Positions 8,961-19,800 of a DNA stretch of 64,000 nucleotides are shown piece after piece (positions within the stretch are counted from its first letter, which is position 1; every line of letters starts with the position of its first letter). Position numbers and translations under genes: made by a program. The notes under the pieces were generated by a model. It saw nothing but the letters and a program-made list of their open reading frames with translations. It made no database searches and had not been told where the DNA came from. The stretch lies in NCBI GenBank assembly GCA_017531445.1, contig JAFXKZ010000002.1, forward strand, positions 9,286-73,285, in the 5' to 3' direction. This DNA comes from Kiritimatiellia bacterium. Its GTDB lineage: Bacteria > Verrucomicrobiota > Kiritimatiellia > RFP12 > DVOR01.

Positions 8961-9917
8961 ATGATCGTCACAACGAAGGAACTCTTCAAGCACGCCTACG
9001 GCAAATATGCCATTGGTGCTTACAATATCAACAACATGGAGCAGTGCATGGGCCTCTTCCGTGGTTGCATTGAGAGCAAGGCTCCGTTCATTATTCAGAT
9101 TTCCAAGGGTGCGCGCGGCTATACCGATAAGCTGATGTTGGAAAATGTGATTCGTGCAGCTGATAAAATTTTCCCCGAAGCCGTCTTTGCTGTTCACTTG
9201 GATCATGGTGATGAAGAATCCTGCATTGACTGCATCAACTCCGGGTTTTACAGCTCGGTGATGATCGATGCCTCCTCCAAGCCTTTTGAAGAAAACGCCG
9301 CTATCACAAAGAAAATCGTTGAGTTGGCTCATGCTAAGGGGCTTGTGGTCGAAGCAGAACTCGGCAAGCTCGGCGGCGTGGAAGAGCACGTGGCTGTGGA
9401 TGAAAAGGATGCGTGTCTTACCAATCCTGAAGACGTGAAACGCTTTGTGGAAGCTACCGGCTGCGACTCTCTTGCGTGTGCAATCGGTACTTCGCACGGT
9501 GCATTCAAGTTCTCCGGCAATCAGGGGCTGCGCTTTGATGTGCTTTCCGATATTCAGAAGAAGGCTCCCGGATTCCCGTTGGTAATGCACGGATCGTCTT
9601 CCGTTCCGCAAGACGAAGTCGCCCGTATCAATGCTTCCGGCGGTAAGCTGGATGGTGCAAAGGGTGTGGATGACAATCAATTCAAGCGTGCTGCTGAATT
9701 GGGCGTTACCAAGATCAATATCGACACAGACGGTCGCTTGGTGTGGTGCCGTGTGCACCGCGAATACTTCCGCGATCACCCGGAAGGTTTTGACCTTCGC
9801 CCCATCGGTAAGATCTTCATGGAAGAATATGCCAAATTCATCGCCGCAAAGAACGAAAAGCTCGGCTCTGCCGGACAGCTTGATTCCGTGCGTGAATTCT
9901 GCAAAGCGAATGCTTAA
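8961..9917 (+). CDS. fba: fructose-bisphosphate aldolase, class II
   Basis: VHLDHGDEE and AIGTSHGAFKF motifs. AGGAG RBS at 8947-8951. Confidence 0.92.
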   Translation: MIVTTKELFKHAYGKYAIGAYNINNMEQCMGLFRGCIESKAPFIIQISKGARGYTDKLMLENVIRAADKIFPEAVFAVHLDHGDEESCIDCINSGFYSSVMIDASSKPFEENAAITKKIVELAHAKGLVVEAELGKLGGVEEHVAVDEKDACLTNPEDVKRFVEATGCDSLACAIGTSHGAFKFSGNQGLRFDVLSDIQKKAPGFPLVMHGSSSVPQDEVARINASGGKLDGAKGVDDNQFKRAAELGVTKINIDTDGRLVWCRVHREYFRDHPEGFDLRPIGKIFMEEYAKFIAAKNEKLGSAGQLDSVREFCKANA

Positions 9918-9932
9918 GTAAAAACAATCTGC

Positions 9933-9972
9933 GGCGGTGTCTGAATCTTCAGACGCCGCCGGTCGTATTTTT
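9933..9972 (+). terminator. hairpin plus T-run between fba and the PFOR gene (terminator or attenuator)
   Basis: GGCGGTGTCTGA / TCAGACGCCGCC form a 12-bp stem with one G-U pair and loop ATCT, followed by GGTCGTATTTTT. Confidence 0.45.
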
Positions 9973-9996
9973 AATCAACCAAGAGAGAGAACGATT

Positions 9997-12900
9997 ATGG
10001 CAAAGTACATTATGTGCGATGGCAACGAAGCAACAGCACGCGTTGCATTTGCATGTTCCGAAGTCGCAGCCATTTATCCCATTACGCCGTCGTCTCCGAT
10101 GGCGGAATTCGCCGATGAATGGGCTGCACACAAGCAGACCAACATTTGGGGAACGATTCCTCAGATTGTTGAACTCCAGTCCGAAGCCGGTGCAGCCGGT
10201 GCAGTGCATGGCGCATTGACGACAGGTTCGCTCACCACCACCTTTACGGCATCACAGGGTTTGCTCCTGATGATTCCGAATATGTATAAGATTGCAGGCG
10301 AATTGACTCCTGCGGTATTCCATGTTACGGCACGTGCGCTTGCAATGCAAGGGTTGTCAATCTTCGGCGACCATGGCGACATTATGGCTTGCCGTCAGAC
10401 CGGTTTTGCATTCCTCGGCTCGGCTTCCGTGCAAGAATGCGGCGACATGGCGTTGATTGCACATGCCTCCACCCTTGAAGCAAAAATCCCGTTCGTACAC
10501 TTCTTTGACGGATTCCGTACTTCACACGAAGTGCAGAAGATTGAAGAAATCCCACAAGATGTTGTCCGGGCAATGATTGATGAAGATAAGGTGAATGAGT
10601 TCCGCGCACGCGGTCTCAATCCCGAAGCTCCAACAATGCGCGGCACCGCACAGAACCCTGATGTTTACTTCCAAGGGCGTGAGACGGTGAACAAATACTA
10701 CGAAGCTGTGCCTGCGATTGTTCAGAAAAACATGGACAAACTCGCGGAGCTTACAGGTCGTCGCTATCACCTCTTTGATTATGTCGGTGCGGAAGATGCC
10801 GAGCGTGTTATTGTCATTATGGGCTCTGGTGCTGAAACTGTTCAGGAAACGGTTGAAGAACTCAATGCAGAAGGTGCAAAGGTTGGCCTCGTCAAAGTGC
10901 GTCTCTATCGTCCTTTTGATGTCAAGGCGTTTGCTGCTGCTCTGCCCAAGACCGTGAAACAGATTACGGTGCTCGACCGTACGAAGGAACCCGGCTCTGT
11001 AGGTGAACCGCTTTACACCGATGTACGCACAGCTATTGGTGATGCTATGCAGAATGGGGATCTTGAAATCAAGTATCCGCGCACCTATGGCGGCCGTTAT
11101 GGTTTAGGTTCCAAGGAGTTCACCCCGGCGATGGTGAAGGGTGTTTTTGATAACATGGCAGCGGATAAACCGAAGAATCACTTCGCTGTCGGTATCAATG
11201 ACGATGTTACGGGGGCTTGTATTGAGATTCCTGCATACTTGCTTAAGGATTCCGGTTGCACCGAATGTATGTTCTATGGGTTGGGGTCCGATGGTACAGT
11301 CGGTGCAAACAAGAACAGCATCAAGGTGATTGGTAACAACACTGACAACTACGCACAGGGCTACTTTGTGTATGACTCGAAGAAGGCTGGCGGTCTTACT
11401 GTTTCGCATCTTCGGTTTGGCCCTTCGCCTATTCGCAGCCCCTATCTCTGCACGAAAGCGGACTTCATTGCGTGTCACAACTTCTCCTTCCTTGAGAAGT
11501 ATGATATGCTCGCAGCAGCCAAGCCCGGGGCGACGTTCCTCTTGCAATCGGAGTATGATGCCGCAACCGTTTGGGAACATATCCCGGATGAAGTGGCTCA
11601 GGTGATTATTGACAAGAAGCTGAAGTTCTATGTGGTAAATGCGGTCAAGGTGGCTCAAGGCTTAGGACTTGGCGGCCGCACGAATACCATTATGCAGACG
11701 GCATTCTTTGTTATCTCTGGTATTATTCCTGCCGAGAAGGCGATTGAGCTCCTCAAGGCCGCAGCCAAAAAGGCTTATGGTAAGAAGGGCGATGACGTCG
11801 TAAAGTTGAACTGGGATGCAATTGACGCAGCGAAGGATGCGATTGAGGAAGTCGTGGTTCCTTCGGCACCGTCGGGCAAGCTCGTCAAGCCTGCAACTGT
11901 CGTTGAAAGTGCACCTGACTTCGTGAAGAATGTCACTGCCAAGATGATGCGCCAGGAAGGCGATGAACTGCCAGTTTCCGCGATTCCGGATGATGGCACA
12001 TGGCCGACTGCGACAACGCAGTATGAAAAGCGCAATATTGCCGTGAAGATTCCTGAATGGAATAATGCTACATGTATTCAGTGCTTGAAGTGTTCTGCTG
12101 TTTGTCCGCATGCGGCTATCCGTGCAAAGATTGTGGATGAAGCGGCTGTCGCCGGTGCGCCTGAGACCTTTAAGACTGCGGATGGCAAGCCTCCGTTCAA
12201 GGGAAAGAAGTTCACGCTTCAGGTGGCAGTGGAGGATTGCACAGGGTGTGGTCTTTGCACAACGGTGTGCCCTGAATTGCCGAATGTCGGCAAGTCTCTC
12301 AATATGGTGCGCTATGATCAGGATAAGCTCCGCAAGCCCGGCGAAGCGAATTGGAATTACTTCCTCTCGCTCCCTGAGACGGATCTTACGGGCGTTCCAT
12401 TGAATGCCAAGACCTCTCAGCTCCGCCGTCCGCTCTTTGAGTTCTCCGGTGCTTGTGCCGGTTGTGGTGAAACACCGTACGTGAAGATGCTTACGCAGCT
12501 CTTTGGCGATCACCTTTGCATCGCGAATGCTACGGGGTGCTCTTCCATCTATGGCGGTAACCTCCCGACCACGCCTTATTGCAAAAATGCAGATGGCAAG
12601 GGGCCGGCTTGGGCAAACTCCCTCTTCGAGGATAATGCAGAATTCGGCTTGGGCATGGTGATTACCCGTGATAAGCAGAAGGCATTTGCCAAGGAGTTGG
12701 CAGAGAAGATTATCGCTGCTGAAGGCCCGTCTGCAGAATTCAAAGCTCTTCTTCAAGAGACGCTTGCTGCCACGGAAACGCAGAAGTCGGATGAAGACAT
12801 CAAGGCTCAGCGTGACCGCGTGGCGAAGATTAAGGCCACTGCGGCAACTTGTGAATGTGCAACGTGCAAGAAACTTGCAACGGTAGCAGACTTCCTGGTT

Positions 12901-13557
12901 CGCCGTTCCGTCTGGATTATCGGTGGTGATGGTTGGGCTTATGACATCGGTTATGGTGGTCTCGATCACGTACTCGCAACCGGTCGCAATGTCAAGATCC
13001 TCGTCCTCGATACCGAAGTCTATTCGAATACCGGTGGTCAAGCATCCAAGTCTACGCCTGTTGGTGCTGTAGCAAAGTTCGCTGCTGCCGGCAAGCCGCA
13101 GATGAAGAAGGATCTTGCAGCCATTTCGATGACGTATAAGAACATCTACGTGGCGCAGATTTCGATGGGCATGAACCCGGAAGCTGCTGTCAAGGCATTC
13201 AAGGAAGCGGAAGAATATGATGGGCCTGCACTGATCATTGCTTATGCTCACTGCATTGCGCATGGTATCAATCTTTCCACGGGTCTTGAACATCAGAAGA
13301 TGGCGGTGGAAACCGGTCACTTCCCGCTTTTCCGCTACAGCCCTGATGCGGCTGCCCAGGGGAAGAATCCGCTTACGCTCGATTCGAAAGCTCCTGTCAA
13401 GAAGTTCTCCGAATCGCAAGCCGGTGCGGAAAATCGCTTCAAGCAGTTGGCGAAAATGAATCCGGAAGAAGCGAAGAAGATGTTTGAAGCTGCCGATGAG
13501 TTCTACTCGCGCAAGTATGAATATCTTCAAGCACTTGCGGCATTGAACGTCTACTAA
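9997..13557 (+). CDS. nifJ: pyruvate:ferredoxin (flavodoxin) oxidoreductase
   Basis: About 1186 aa. Two 4Fe-4S motifs (CIQCLKCSAVCP, CTGCGLCTTVCP) and a TPP motif GGDGWAYDIGYGG. Start set at ATG 9997 (MAKYIMCDGNEA); the GTG 9937 extension lies inside the upstream hairpin. Confidence 0.95.
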   Translation: MAKYIMCDGNEATARVAFACSEVAAIYPITPSSPMAEFADEWAAHKQTNIWGTIPQIVELQSEAGAAGAVHGALTTGSLTTTFTASQGLLLMIPNMYKIAGELTPAVFHVTARALAMQGLSIFGDHGDIMACRQTGFAFLGSASVQECGDMALIAHASTLEAKIPFVHFFDGFRTSHEVQKIEEIPQDVVRAMIDEDKVNEFRARGLNPEAPTMRGTAQNPDVYFQGRETVNKYYEAVPAIVQKNMDKLAELTGRRYHLFDYVGAEDAERVIVIMGSGAETVQETVEELNAEGAKVGLVKVRLYRPFDVKAFAAALPKTVKQITVLDRTKEPGSVGEPLYTDVRTAIGDAMQNGDLEIKYPRTYGGRYGLGSKEFTPAMVKGVFDNMAADKPKNHFAVGINDDVTGACIEIPAYLLKDSGCTECMFYGLGSDGTVGANKNSIKVIGNNTDNYAQGYFVYDSKKAGGLTVSHLRFGPSPIRSPYLCTKADFIACHNFSFLEKYDMLAAAKPGATFLLQSEYDAATVWEHIPDEVAQVIIDKKLKFYVVNAVKVAQGLGLGGRTNTIMQTAFFVISGIIPAEKAIELLKAAAKKAYGKKGDDVVKLNWDAIDAAKDAIEEVVVPSAPSGKLVKPATVVESAPDFVKNVTAKMMRQEGDELPVSAIPDDGTWPTATTQYEKRNIAVKIPEWNNATCIQCLKCSAVCPHAAIRAKIVDEAAVAGAPETFKTADGKPPFKGKKFTLQVAVEDCTGCGLCTTVCPELPNVGKSLNMVRYDQDKLRKPGEANWNYFLSLPETDLTGVPLNAKTSQLRRPLFEFSGACAGCGETPYVKMLTQLFGDHLCIANATGCSSIYGGNLPTTPYCKNADGKGPAWANSLFEDNAEFGLGMVITRDKQKAFAKELAEKIIAAEGPSAEFKALLQETLAATETQKSDEDIKAQRDRVAKIKATAATCECATCKKLATVADFLVRRSVWIIGGDGWAYDIGYGGLDHVLATGRNVKILVLDTEVYSNTGGQASKSTPVGAVAKFAAAGKPQMKKDLAAISMTYKNIYVAQISMGMNPEAAVKAFKEAEEYDGPALIIAYAHCIAHGINLSTGLEHQKMAVETGHFPLFRYSPDAAAQGKNPLTLDSKAPVKKFSESQAGAENRFKQLAKMNPEEAKKMFEAADEFYSRKYEYLQALAALNVY

Positions 13558-13583
13558 GACGTGTTAGTGCACGAACTGAAAAG

Positions 13584-13617
13584 CGGACGTCCTTCATGAA
13601 GGGCGTCCGTTTTTTTA
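13584..13617 (+). terminator. rho-independent terminator of nifJ
   Basis: CGGACGTCC / GGGCGTCCG stem followed by a T7 run. Confidence 0.75.
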
Positions 13618-13899
13618 TTAGTCGAAGTGTTGATGTATTCTTTCGGACAGATAAAAAGGGTGTCTATCAGGTAACCGTTTATTTTGAATGGAAATGGAAT
13701 TGGTGGCATTCTTTGCGATGAGTGTTTTTTGAGGAGGTGAAGTGGTAAATCTGTGTGTTGGTGTGGGGATTGATGGGAATAGCTGTTTGTTAAGCGGTTG
13801 AAAAGGGTGTATAGGAGAGTCAAAGTGAAAACTTGTATTTAACGCGTGTTGGCGTGATGTTTGAGCGTGTTGCGATTGAGAATTGGCAGAGACTTTTTG

Positions 13900-13980
13900 T
13901 GTGTCGCCGAAGTTGATTCACGATGTCGCCGATAAGCGCACGGAGTGTCGGCGATATTGAAGCGCAGTTTCGCCGAGATA
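13900..13980. repeat. array B of the phased palindrome (4 units)
   Basis: Unit centres at 13907, 13929, 13951 and 13973, exactly 22 bp apart. Examples are GATGTCGCCGATAAG and AGTGTCGGCGATATT. Confidence 0.8.
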
Positions 13981-14104
13981 GAAATGCGCTTTGGGCGGGA
14001 GAACTTTTCTAAGTGGTGTAAGATCGCAATAGTGGTTGGGGGGGAAGGGTGGAAATAATGGCTGTGTGTAAAAGTCGCACGGGGGTATTTCTTTTGGGGG
14101 CAGG

Positions 14105-14133
14105 TTGGGTATATTCTTCAGATATGGTATAAT
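14105..14133 (+). promoter_or_regulatory. candidate promoter of the GH20 gene
   Basis: TTGGGT (14105-14110), 17-nt spacer, TGg-TATAAT extended -10 (14125-14133). Confidence 0.5.
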
Positions 14134-14183
14134 TAAAGCGATGCGTTGGTTTGATTGATGCATAACTTGTAAAGGATGTCGGT

Positions 14184-16031
14184 ATGTTGAAGTCTTTTTT
14201 TGCGTTGTTCACTTCGCTGATGTTAATGGGCTTTGCACAGGTTTCTGCGAGTGTTCTTAATGATTTAATGCCGCGCCCAAAGGTGGTGCGCGATGCTTCC
14301 ACGGAGATGTGGCAGTTTGATCCGCAAGCAATTAAGCAGTGTGTTGCAGGTGAAGCGATTGCAAAACTGGTTGCGAAGGGGAAAGAGGCATATGGATTGA
14401 TAATTACGCCTTCCGGCGTAGAGTGGTATGGTAATGAGCGTTATGCGATGGTGACGCTGCGTCAGTTGGCTGCGCTTGGCGATGGGAAAATCCCTTGTTG
14501 CACGATTGAAGACTGGCCGACGTTGCCCTATCGTGGGATGCTTCATGATACTGGTCGGAATTGGCAACCGTTGTCGCAGCTGAAAATGCAGTTGGATTGG
14601 CTGGAGAAGTATAAGTTCAATTGTTTCCAATGGCATATTACAGATAATCATGGGTGGCGTTTGCAATCTGAAAAATATCCGGAATTGTCGCATCCGCAAA
14701 ACCTTGACCGCACGGATCATTACTACACTCAGGCGGAATTCAAAGCGTTAATCGCTTATGCGAAGGCGCGCGGGATTACTGTAATTCCCGAATTGGATGT
14801 GCCGGGGCATTCAGCGACGATGCGGCGCGCCTTTGGGGTAAAAAAGATGAGTGAACCCAAGATGCGGGGGATTATTTCGGAGCTCTTCGATGAGTTATTG
14901 ACCTTGTTGGATCCCGAGGTGACGCCTTTCATTCATATCGGTTCGGATGAAGTAAAACCGCATGAGCAGGTGCCGGGGGAATGGATTGTCGGGTGGGTTA
15001 ACCAGATTGAAGCGAAGGGGTTTAAGGTCGTAGCCTGGGGACCTGGTCAATCTCCTAAAGGGTTGCGGCAACCGCTGATTCGCCAATATTGGATGGGACG
15101 TCAGGTACGTCGGCCGGAAAATGAACCGTACTTTGACTCGCAATCTTCTTACTACATCAATCACGTGGATCCCTTGGAGCTGCTTGCGGCGGCGACTTAT
15201 CAGAAGCCATGTTTGACGGGTTCGGTTGAAAATCGCTTGGGTGCGATTTTTGCGGTTTGGCATGATGATGCAGTCGCTAAGCCTGAAGATATTTTGACGA
15301 TGAATCCGGCGTTTCCGGCGATGGTGCTCTATTCGGATAGTTTTTGGAATGGACGCGAAAAAGACCAAATGCGCTACATCGGCAATCTTCCTCCGCCGGA
15401 TGATCCGGAGTTTTCTCTTGCAATGGAATTGGAACGCCGCACGCTCGCGCAGAAACCTTTCTTCAAGGGGTTGCCCTTTGACTTCTACAAACAAACGCAG
15501 ATGCGGTGGCGAATGGCCGAAACCGCTGAAACAAAGCCTTTCAATGAATTGCCCTGGTCACAACGGATTATCGCGCAAGGTACAATCTATCCCCAACATT
15601 TCTTTTATGCTCAGACGAACTTGACGAATGGGAAAAGTGGATGTGTCTGGTTGGGCACTGTGGTGAACAGTGATGCTGATCGCACGGTGGAAATGATTGC
15701 AGACTGTATGAATTATTCCCGCAGTGATGGGCGTACGCGCGATGTGGCATTGGTTCAGGGAAAGTGGAATGGCAAAGGTGCCGAGATTTACCTCAACGGA
15801 AAGCCCGTCCCGCCTCCGCAATGGAAACAGCCGGGTCTCCAAGGTCGTGGAACGATTGAAAAACCTTTGGTGGATGAACCATGGATGGTGCGTGAACCAG
15901 TGCGTGTGCAATTGAAAAAAGGAAGGAATGAACTTCTGATCAAATTGCCGCGCAAGGGATGGAAGTGGAGTGCCACCTGTTTCTTCCCAAATGATGAAGG
16001 GCTCTCATTTGAGGCACCTGAGTTAAAATAA
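14184..16031 (+). CDS. secreted beta-N-acetylhexosaminidase, glycoside hydrolase family 20
   Basis: Signal peptide, then GMLHDTGRNW, FQWHITDNHGWR and HIGSDEV (catalytic D-E pair) motifs. Confidence 0.85.
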   Translation: MLKSFFALFTSLMLMGFAQVSASVLNDLMPRPKVVRDASTEMWQFDPQAIKQCVAGEAIAKLVAKGKEAYGLIITPSGVEWYGNERYAMVTLRQLAALGDGKIPCCTIEDWPTLPYRGMLHDTGRNWQPLSQLKMQLDWLEKYKFNCFQWHITDNHGWRLQSEKYPELSHPQNLDRTDHYYTQAEFKALIAYAKARGITVIPELDVPGHSATMRRAFGVKKMSEPKMRGIISELFDELLTLLDPEVTPFIHIGSDEVKPHEQVPGEWIVGWVNQIEAKGFKVVAWGPGQSPKGLRQPLIRQYWMGRQVRRPENEPYFDSQSSYYINHVDPLELLAAATYQKPCLTGSVENRLGAIFAVWHDDAVAKPEDILTMNPAFPAMVLYSDSFWNGREKDQMRYIGNLPPPDDPEFSLAMELERRTLAQKPFFKGLPFDFYKQTQMRWRMAETAETKPFNELPWSQRIIAQGTIYPQHFFYAQTNLTNGKSGCVWLGTVVNSDADRTVEMIADCMNYSRSDGRTRDVALVQGKWNGKGAEIYLNGKPVPPPQWKQPGLQGRGTIEKPLVDEPWMVREPVRVQLKKGRNELLIKLPRKGWKWSATCFFPNDEGLSFEAPELK

Positions 16032-16058
16032 CTTTTTCACTAAAAAGGTGCCAATAAA

Positions 16059-16099
16059 AGGCGACTCGGTCATGAAATATGAGACGGAGCCGCCTTTTC
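16059..16099 (+). terminator. probable terminator between the convergent GH20 and HAD-like genes
   Basis: Imperfect stem GGCGACTCGGTC / GACGGAGCCGCC followed by TTTTCT. Confidence 0.4.
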
Positions 16100-16179
16100 T
16101 GAAGGTGTGTCTCATTGTCCCATCGGGTGAAAGCGGATGAACATTTTGAATGATGGTGCAGAAAGGCGAGGAGTGTTGT

Positions 16180-16827
16180 TTAGTTTTTCTTTACACGCTT
16201 CAAAAGTTGATCGGCCAGCGTGTGCCCCAAATGATCCACGACAAGATCTGCTCCGGCATAGCTTTCAAAAGAAACCATAGGGTCGGGGACGGCAATAGAG
16301 CGTAATCCGATGCGCAACGCGGAGCGTACACTTACGCCGCAGGCAAGCAGCGCAACGCATTGACGAATAGAAAAACCGAGCGCAATGATTGCAGCCTGCA
16401 AGGTGTCGGGTGAGAGCCCGGCGGCTAAAGGAATCGGATCAAGGATGGCGATGGCCTCATTGGTAATCGGTGCAAATAACTCAGAAACAATGGATTGACG
16501 CAAACGTGTAATGACCGCAAAGCGTACGCCTTTTTCTGCCAAGGGGCGCAAGATCGGCTCGATAGATTCAAGTGCTTGTTGTGCGTTTTGTTGCAAGAGT
16601 GCAGCATACGTTGCCGAAAGGCGGCGTTCAACGTGCGCAAGATCAATATTTTTCGGGAGCAACTTCTCCAACGCTGCGGAGAATGGTTTTCCGTAAATAT
16701 GACGGACAAAACGATACGGATCATTGTCTGTGATCCCGTATTTCTCCAAACGCTCAGCCAAAACCTCTGCCGACAACGCAATGCCCCCAAGGAAGAGCGG
16801 ATCAAGTTCAATAATTAAAGCCTGCAT
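16180..16827 (-). CDS. HAD-superfamily-like protein with a degenerate nucleophile motif
   Basis: 215 aa. The N-terminal IIELDPLF sits where HAD enzymes carry DxDxT. Lies 9 nt downstream of smc. Weak assignment. Confidence 0.35.
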   Translation of the reverse strand: MQALIIELDPLFLGGIALSAEVLAERLEKYGITDNDPYRFVRHIYGKPFSAALEKLLPKNIDLAHVERRLSATYAALLQQNAQQALESIEPILRPLAEKGVRFAVITRLRQSIVSELFAPITNEAIAILDPIPLAAGLSPDTLQAAIIALGFSIRQCVALLACGVSVRSALRIGLRSIAVPDPMVSFESYAGADLVVDHLGHTLADQLLKRVKKN

Positions 16828-16836
16828 AAATCACCC

Positions 16837-19800
16837 TTAGTTTGTCGCCGATCTGCTGAAACGCATTGAAAGCGTACGCGAGACACCTTTTTCAGGCATC
16901 GTTACGCCATAAACGATGTCCGAGCCTGCGATGGTGTGTTGATTATGAGTAATAATCAGAAATTGGGAATGAACAAGGAAATCTTTCAATGCATCGACAA
17001 AGCGACCGATATTACTATCATCAAGTGCTGCGTCCAATTCGTCCAACAAGCAGAATGGCGCCGGTTTTATCAGAAAGATGGCAAAGAGGAGCGAAACGGC
17101 GGTCATGGTGCGTTCTCCTCCGGAAAGCAGACTGATTGTTTGCGGCTTTTTCCCTGGCGGTCTGGCGATAATATCAATGCCACATTCAAGAGGATCTTCC
17201 GTGTTTTCAAGCAAAACCAAACGTGCTTCTCCGCCATGAAAGAGCCGGGTAAACATCTTTTCAAAGTTTTGATTCGCCCGGTCAAATGTTTCTCTGAAGC
17301 GTTTCCCAGAAGTCTCATTGATGGTTTTGATAAGCGTCATCAACTCATTGTGAGATTGTTCAAGGTCATTTGCTTGTGCCTGATAGAAGGTTTGCCGCTC
17401 TTCCAACGCCTGAAATTCTTCAATTGCCAATAGATTTACAGGCCCGATACGGTCAAGTTCAATGCGGATATCCGCCATCCTTGTTTCAATCCATTCGTCC
17501 GAAGGCGTTTCGGTTGTTTCCCAGATTGCGCATGGTTCTTCAGAGAAAGACTCTGGTGTAACGCCGTAATCGACTTGAAGTCGCTCCATCAATGCTTGAT
17601 GACGTGCACGATTTTCGGCCATTGTTACTTCGGCTTTGGTTTTTATTTCTTGTGCTTCCAGCAGTGTTTTGCGGGCGGAAGCAGATGCGTGTTCCAGTGA
17701 TTCACGTTGAGCACAAAGTTCAAGGCGTTCACTTCTGGCGGCTTCAATTTGTTGTTGAAAGGTCAGCGTTTCCTGTTGCATATCATCGAGGGACGCAATA
17801 ATCTTCAGATTATCTGCCTCAAGTTTCTCAATGTTATTGAAGCATCCCTTGATAGAATCATTCCGGCTATTGATGGTGGATTCCAACTCTTGCAATCGAG
17901 CAATATGATTCCGTGCCTGCGTCAGCGCGTGTTCACGTTTTTGCATAAAACCGGCCATGCGGAATCGTGCTTCACTTAATCTGGCGGCGACGCTGTCCAA
18001 TTCGCCTTCAAGTGAGGTGAGCCGCTCGGAAGCGATTGTGGTGATGTGGGTATGGCGTTCACGTTCTTCTGCAAGTGCGTCAAGCCCATCACGTGCTTGT
18101 GCGTGTTCTGCTTCGTCCTGTTCTGCGGACGCAGTCATTTCGGTAAGACGAAGTTGCAATTCGTTGAAGCGTGTCTCTGCGGTGGTAAAGTCGCGCGTTG
18201 CCGCAGTGTTGAGCGCGGCGGCTTGATCGGCAAGCCGTTGAGCCCGTTCCAATTGCCGCTGCGCATCGCGCCATTTCGCGGTGATGGCATCAATACGGGC
18301 TTGGAGTGTGGCGATGGATTGTTCTTCTGCATCAATTTCTTGATAAAGCGTGTTGGCGCGCTCTTCAAGCTCTACGCAAACTTGATGCCGTGCCAATGAG
18401 GTGGCATTAGGCGTGATAGCCAATTTGGCGATATCGCCTGCCGCGAACCGAACAATGCCCTGATTCGTGACGATTGCCGTGACACCTTCCGGGATTTCAT
18501 CGGGAAGCGTCTCTGCAAAAAAGTAACCGTAAAGGATGCGGTTGAGCAATGCAGTTGTGGTGGCATCTGCAGAAATAAACTTGGTAAGAGGCGTAAATGG
18601 CGTTGGTATAGGAGAGGGGGAGGGTGGTGCATCGGCGATAAGCAGGTGAAGCGTTTCGCCGGGGAAAACTTCGGTACAGCGCATGACCAGTCTGGAGGCC
18701 ACCTGTTCATCCCGCACGATGATGGCTTGGCTCCAAGGTTGTAACGCGGATTCAACGGCATGTTGATGCGCTTTGTCGATTGAAATGAGGTCGGCAAGTG
18801 TACCGATGATGTCGCCTTCCCGGACGTGAAGCGGATTGGACGGCTCGAAGAGTCTGCGCCCTGCGTCCGGCACTTCTCCCGGGATGGGCTGTGAAAGCAG
18901 TTCCCGCTGTGCTTCAATTGCTGCAATTTGTCGCCGGCGATCTTCTTGGCGTTTTTGAGCGGTTGCCACATCATCGGCGATGAATGAGCGGTCTTCATCC
19001 AATGTAATCAGGGCTTCGCGTGTCTCTTCTGCCAGAAGCCGATGCGCTTCAAGTTCGTGCTGAGCCGATTGCCGGGCACTCGCCGCTGCATCACGCTGAC
19101 GTGCGGCTTCTTCGGTTTCTGCGGCGAGACGTTCACGTTTGAGCAAGCGTTCTTCGCGTTGCCCATCATGTTTGGAGAGAACCTGTTGCCATTGGAGTTG
19201 GTGACGGTCGCAGCGTGTCAGGGCGTTACGGGCTTCCTGAAGCTCTGCGCGTGTGGCGTCCACTTCTGCCTTGCGTTCATCGTAAAGCGTCTGTGCTTCA
19301 TCAAGGAGCGTTTGCAAAATCTCCTGCTCGTCATCAAATGCACTGATGTCCGGCACGGCAGAAGGATCGTGCTGCGCTACTTCAATCCGTTCACGTGCTT
19401 CTGCTACTTCACGCTCCAAGCCCACGGCCCAATTCCGATATTCAGCAATTCGGGCAAGGTTGCTTTCAATGATTTCTTGTGCACGCTTGTGCCGGGCAAC
19501 ACTGGCGGCAGATTGTTCTGAAAGCCTGGCAATGGCATCTTCGCCGACCTGAATCCGGGCGTTGACTTCTGTGATTGCGCGTGTGGCGGCATCGGCTTCA
19601 TCTTGAATGGCGTGGATGCGGTTGGTGGCTTCTGCCACAGCGAAGCCGGCTTGTGCAATAGCTTCTTCCAGTGCTGCAATGCGTTTTTTGGAGAGATAGA
19701 GGTCAAGCCCCCGAAGTTCGCCCCGAAGCGTTTTTGCACGTTCAGCTTTCTCTGCTTGCCGTTGCAAGAGGGTGCTTTGACGTTTCAGTTCGCGCAAAAT

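Noticed and set aside
8955-9779. 274-aa minus-strand ORF
   Set aside because: It is antisense to the fba gene, which has clear class II aldolase motifs.
9937-9996. GTG-initiated N-terminal extension of the PFOR ORF
   Set aside because: The extension begins inside the fba-distal hairpin/T-run. The conserved PFOR N-terminus starts at ATG 9997 (MAKYIMCDGNEA).
11662-13530. 622-aa minus-strand ORF
   Set aside because: It lies entirely antisense to the well-supported PFOR gene. It is Arg/Leu-rich, typical of a shadow frame, and carries no motifs.
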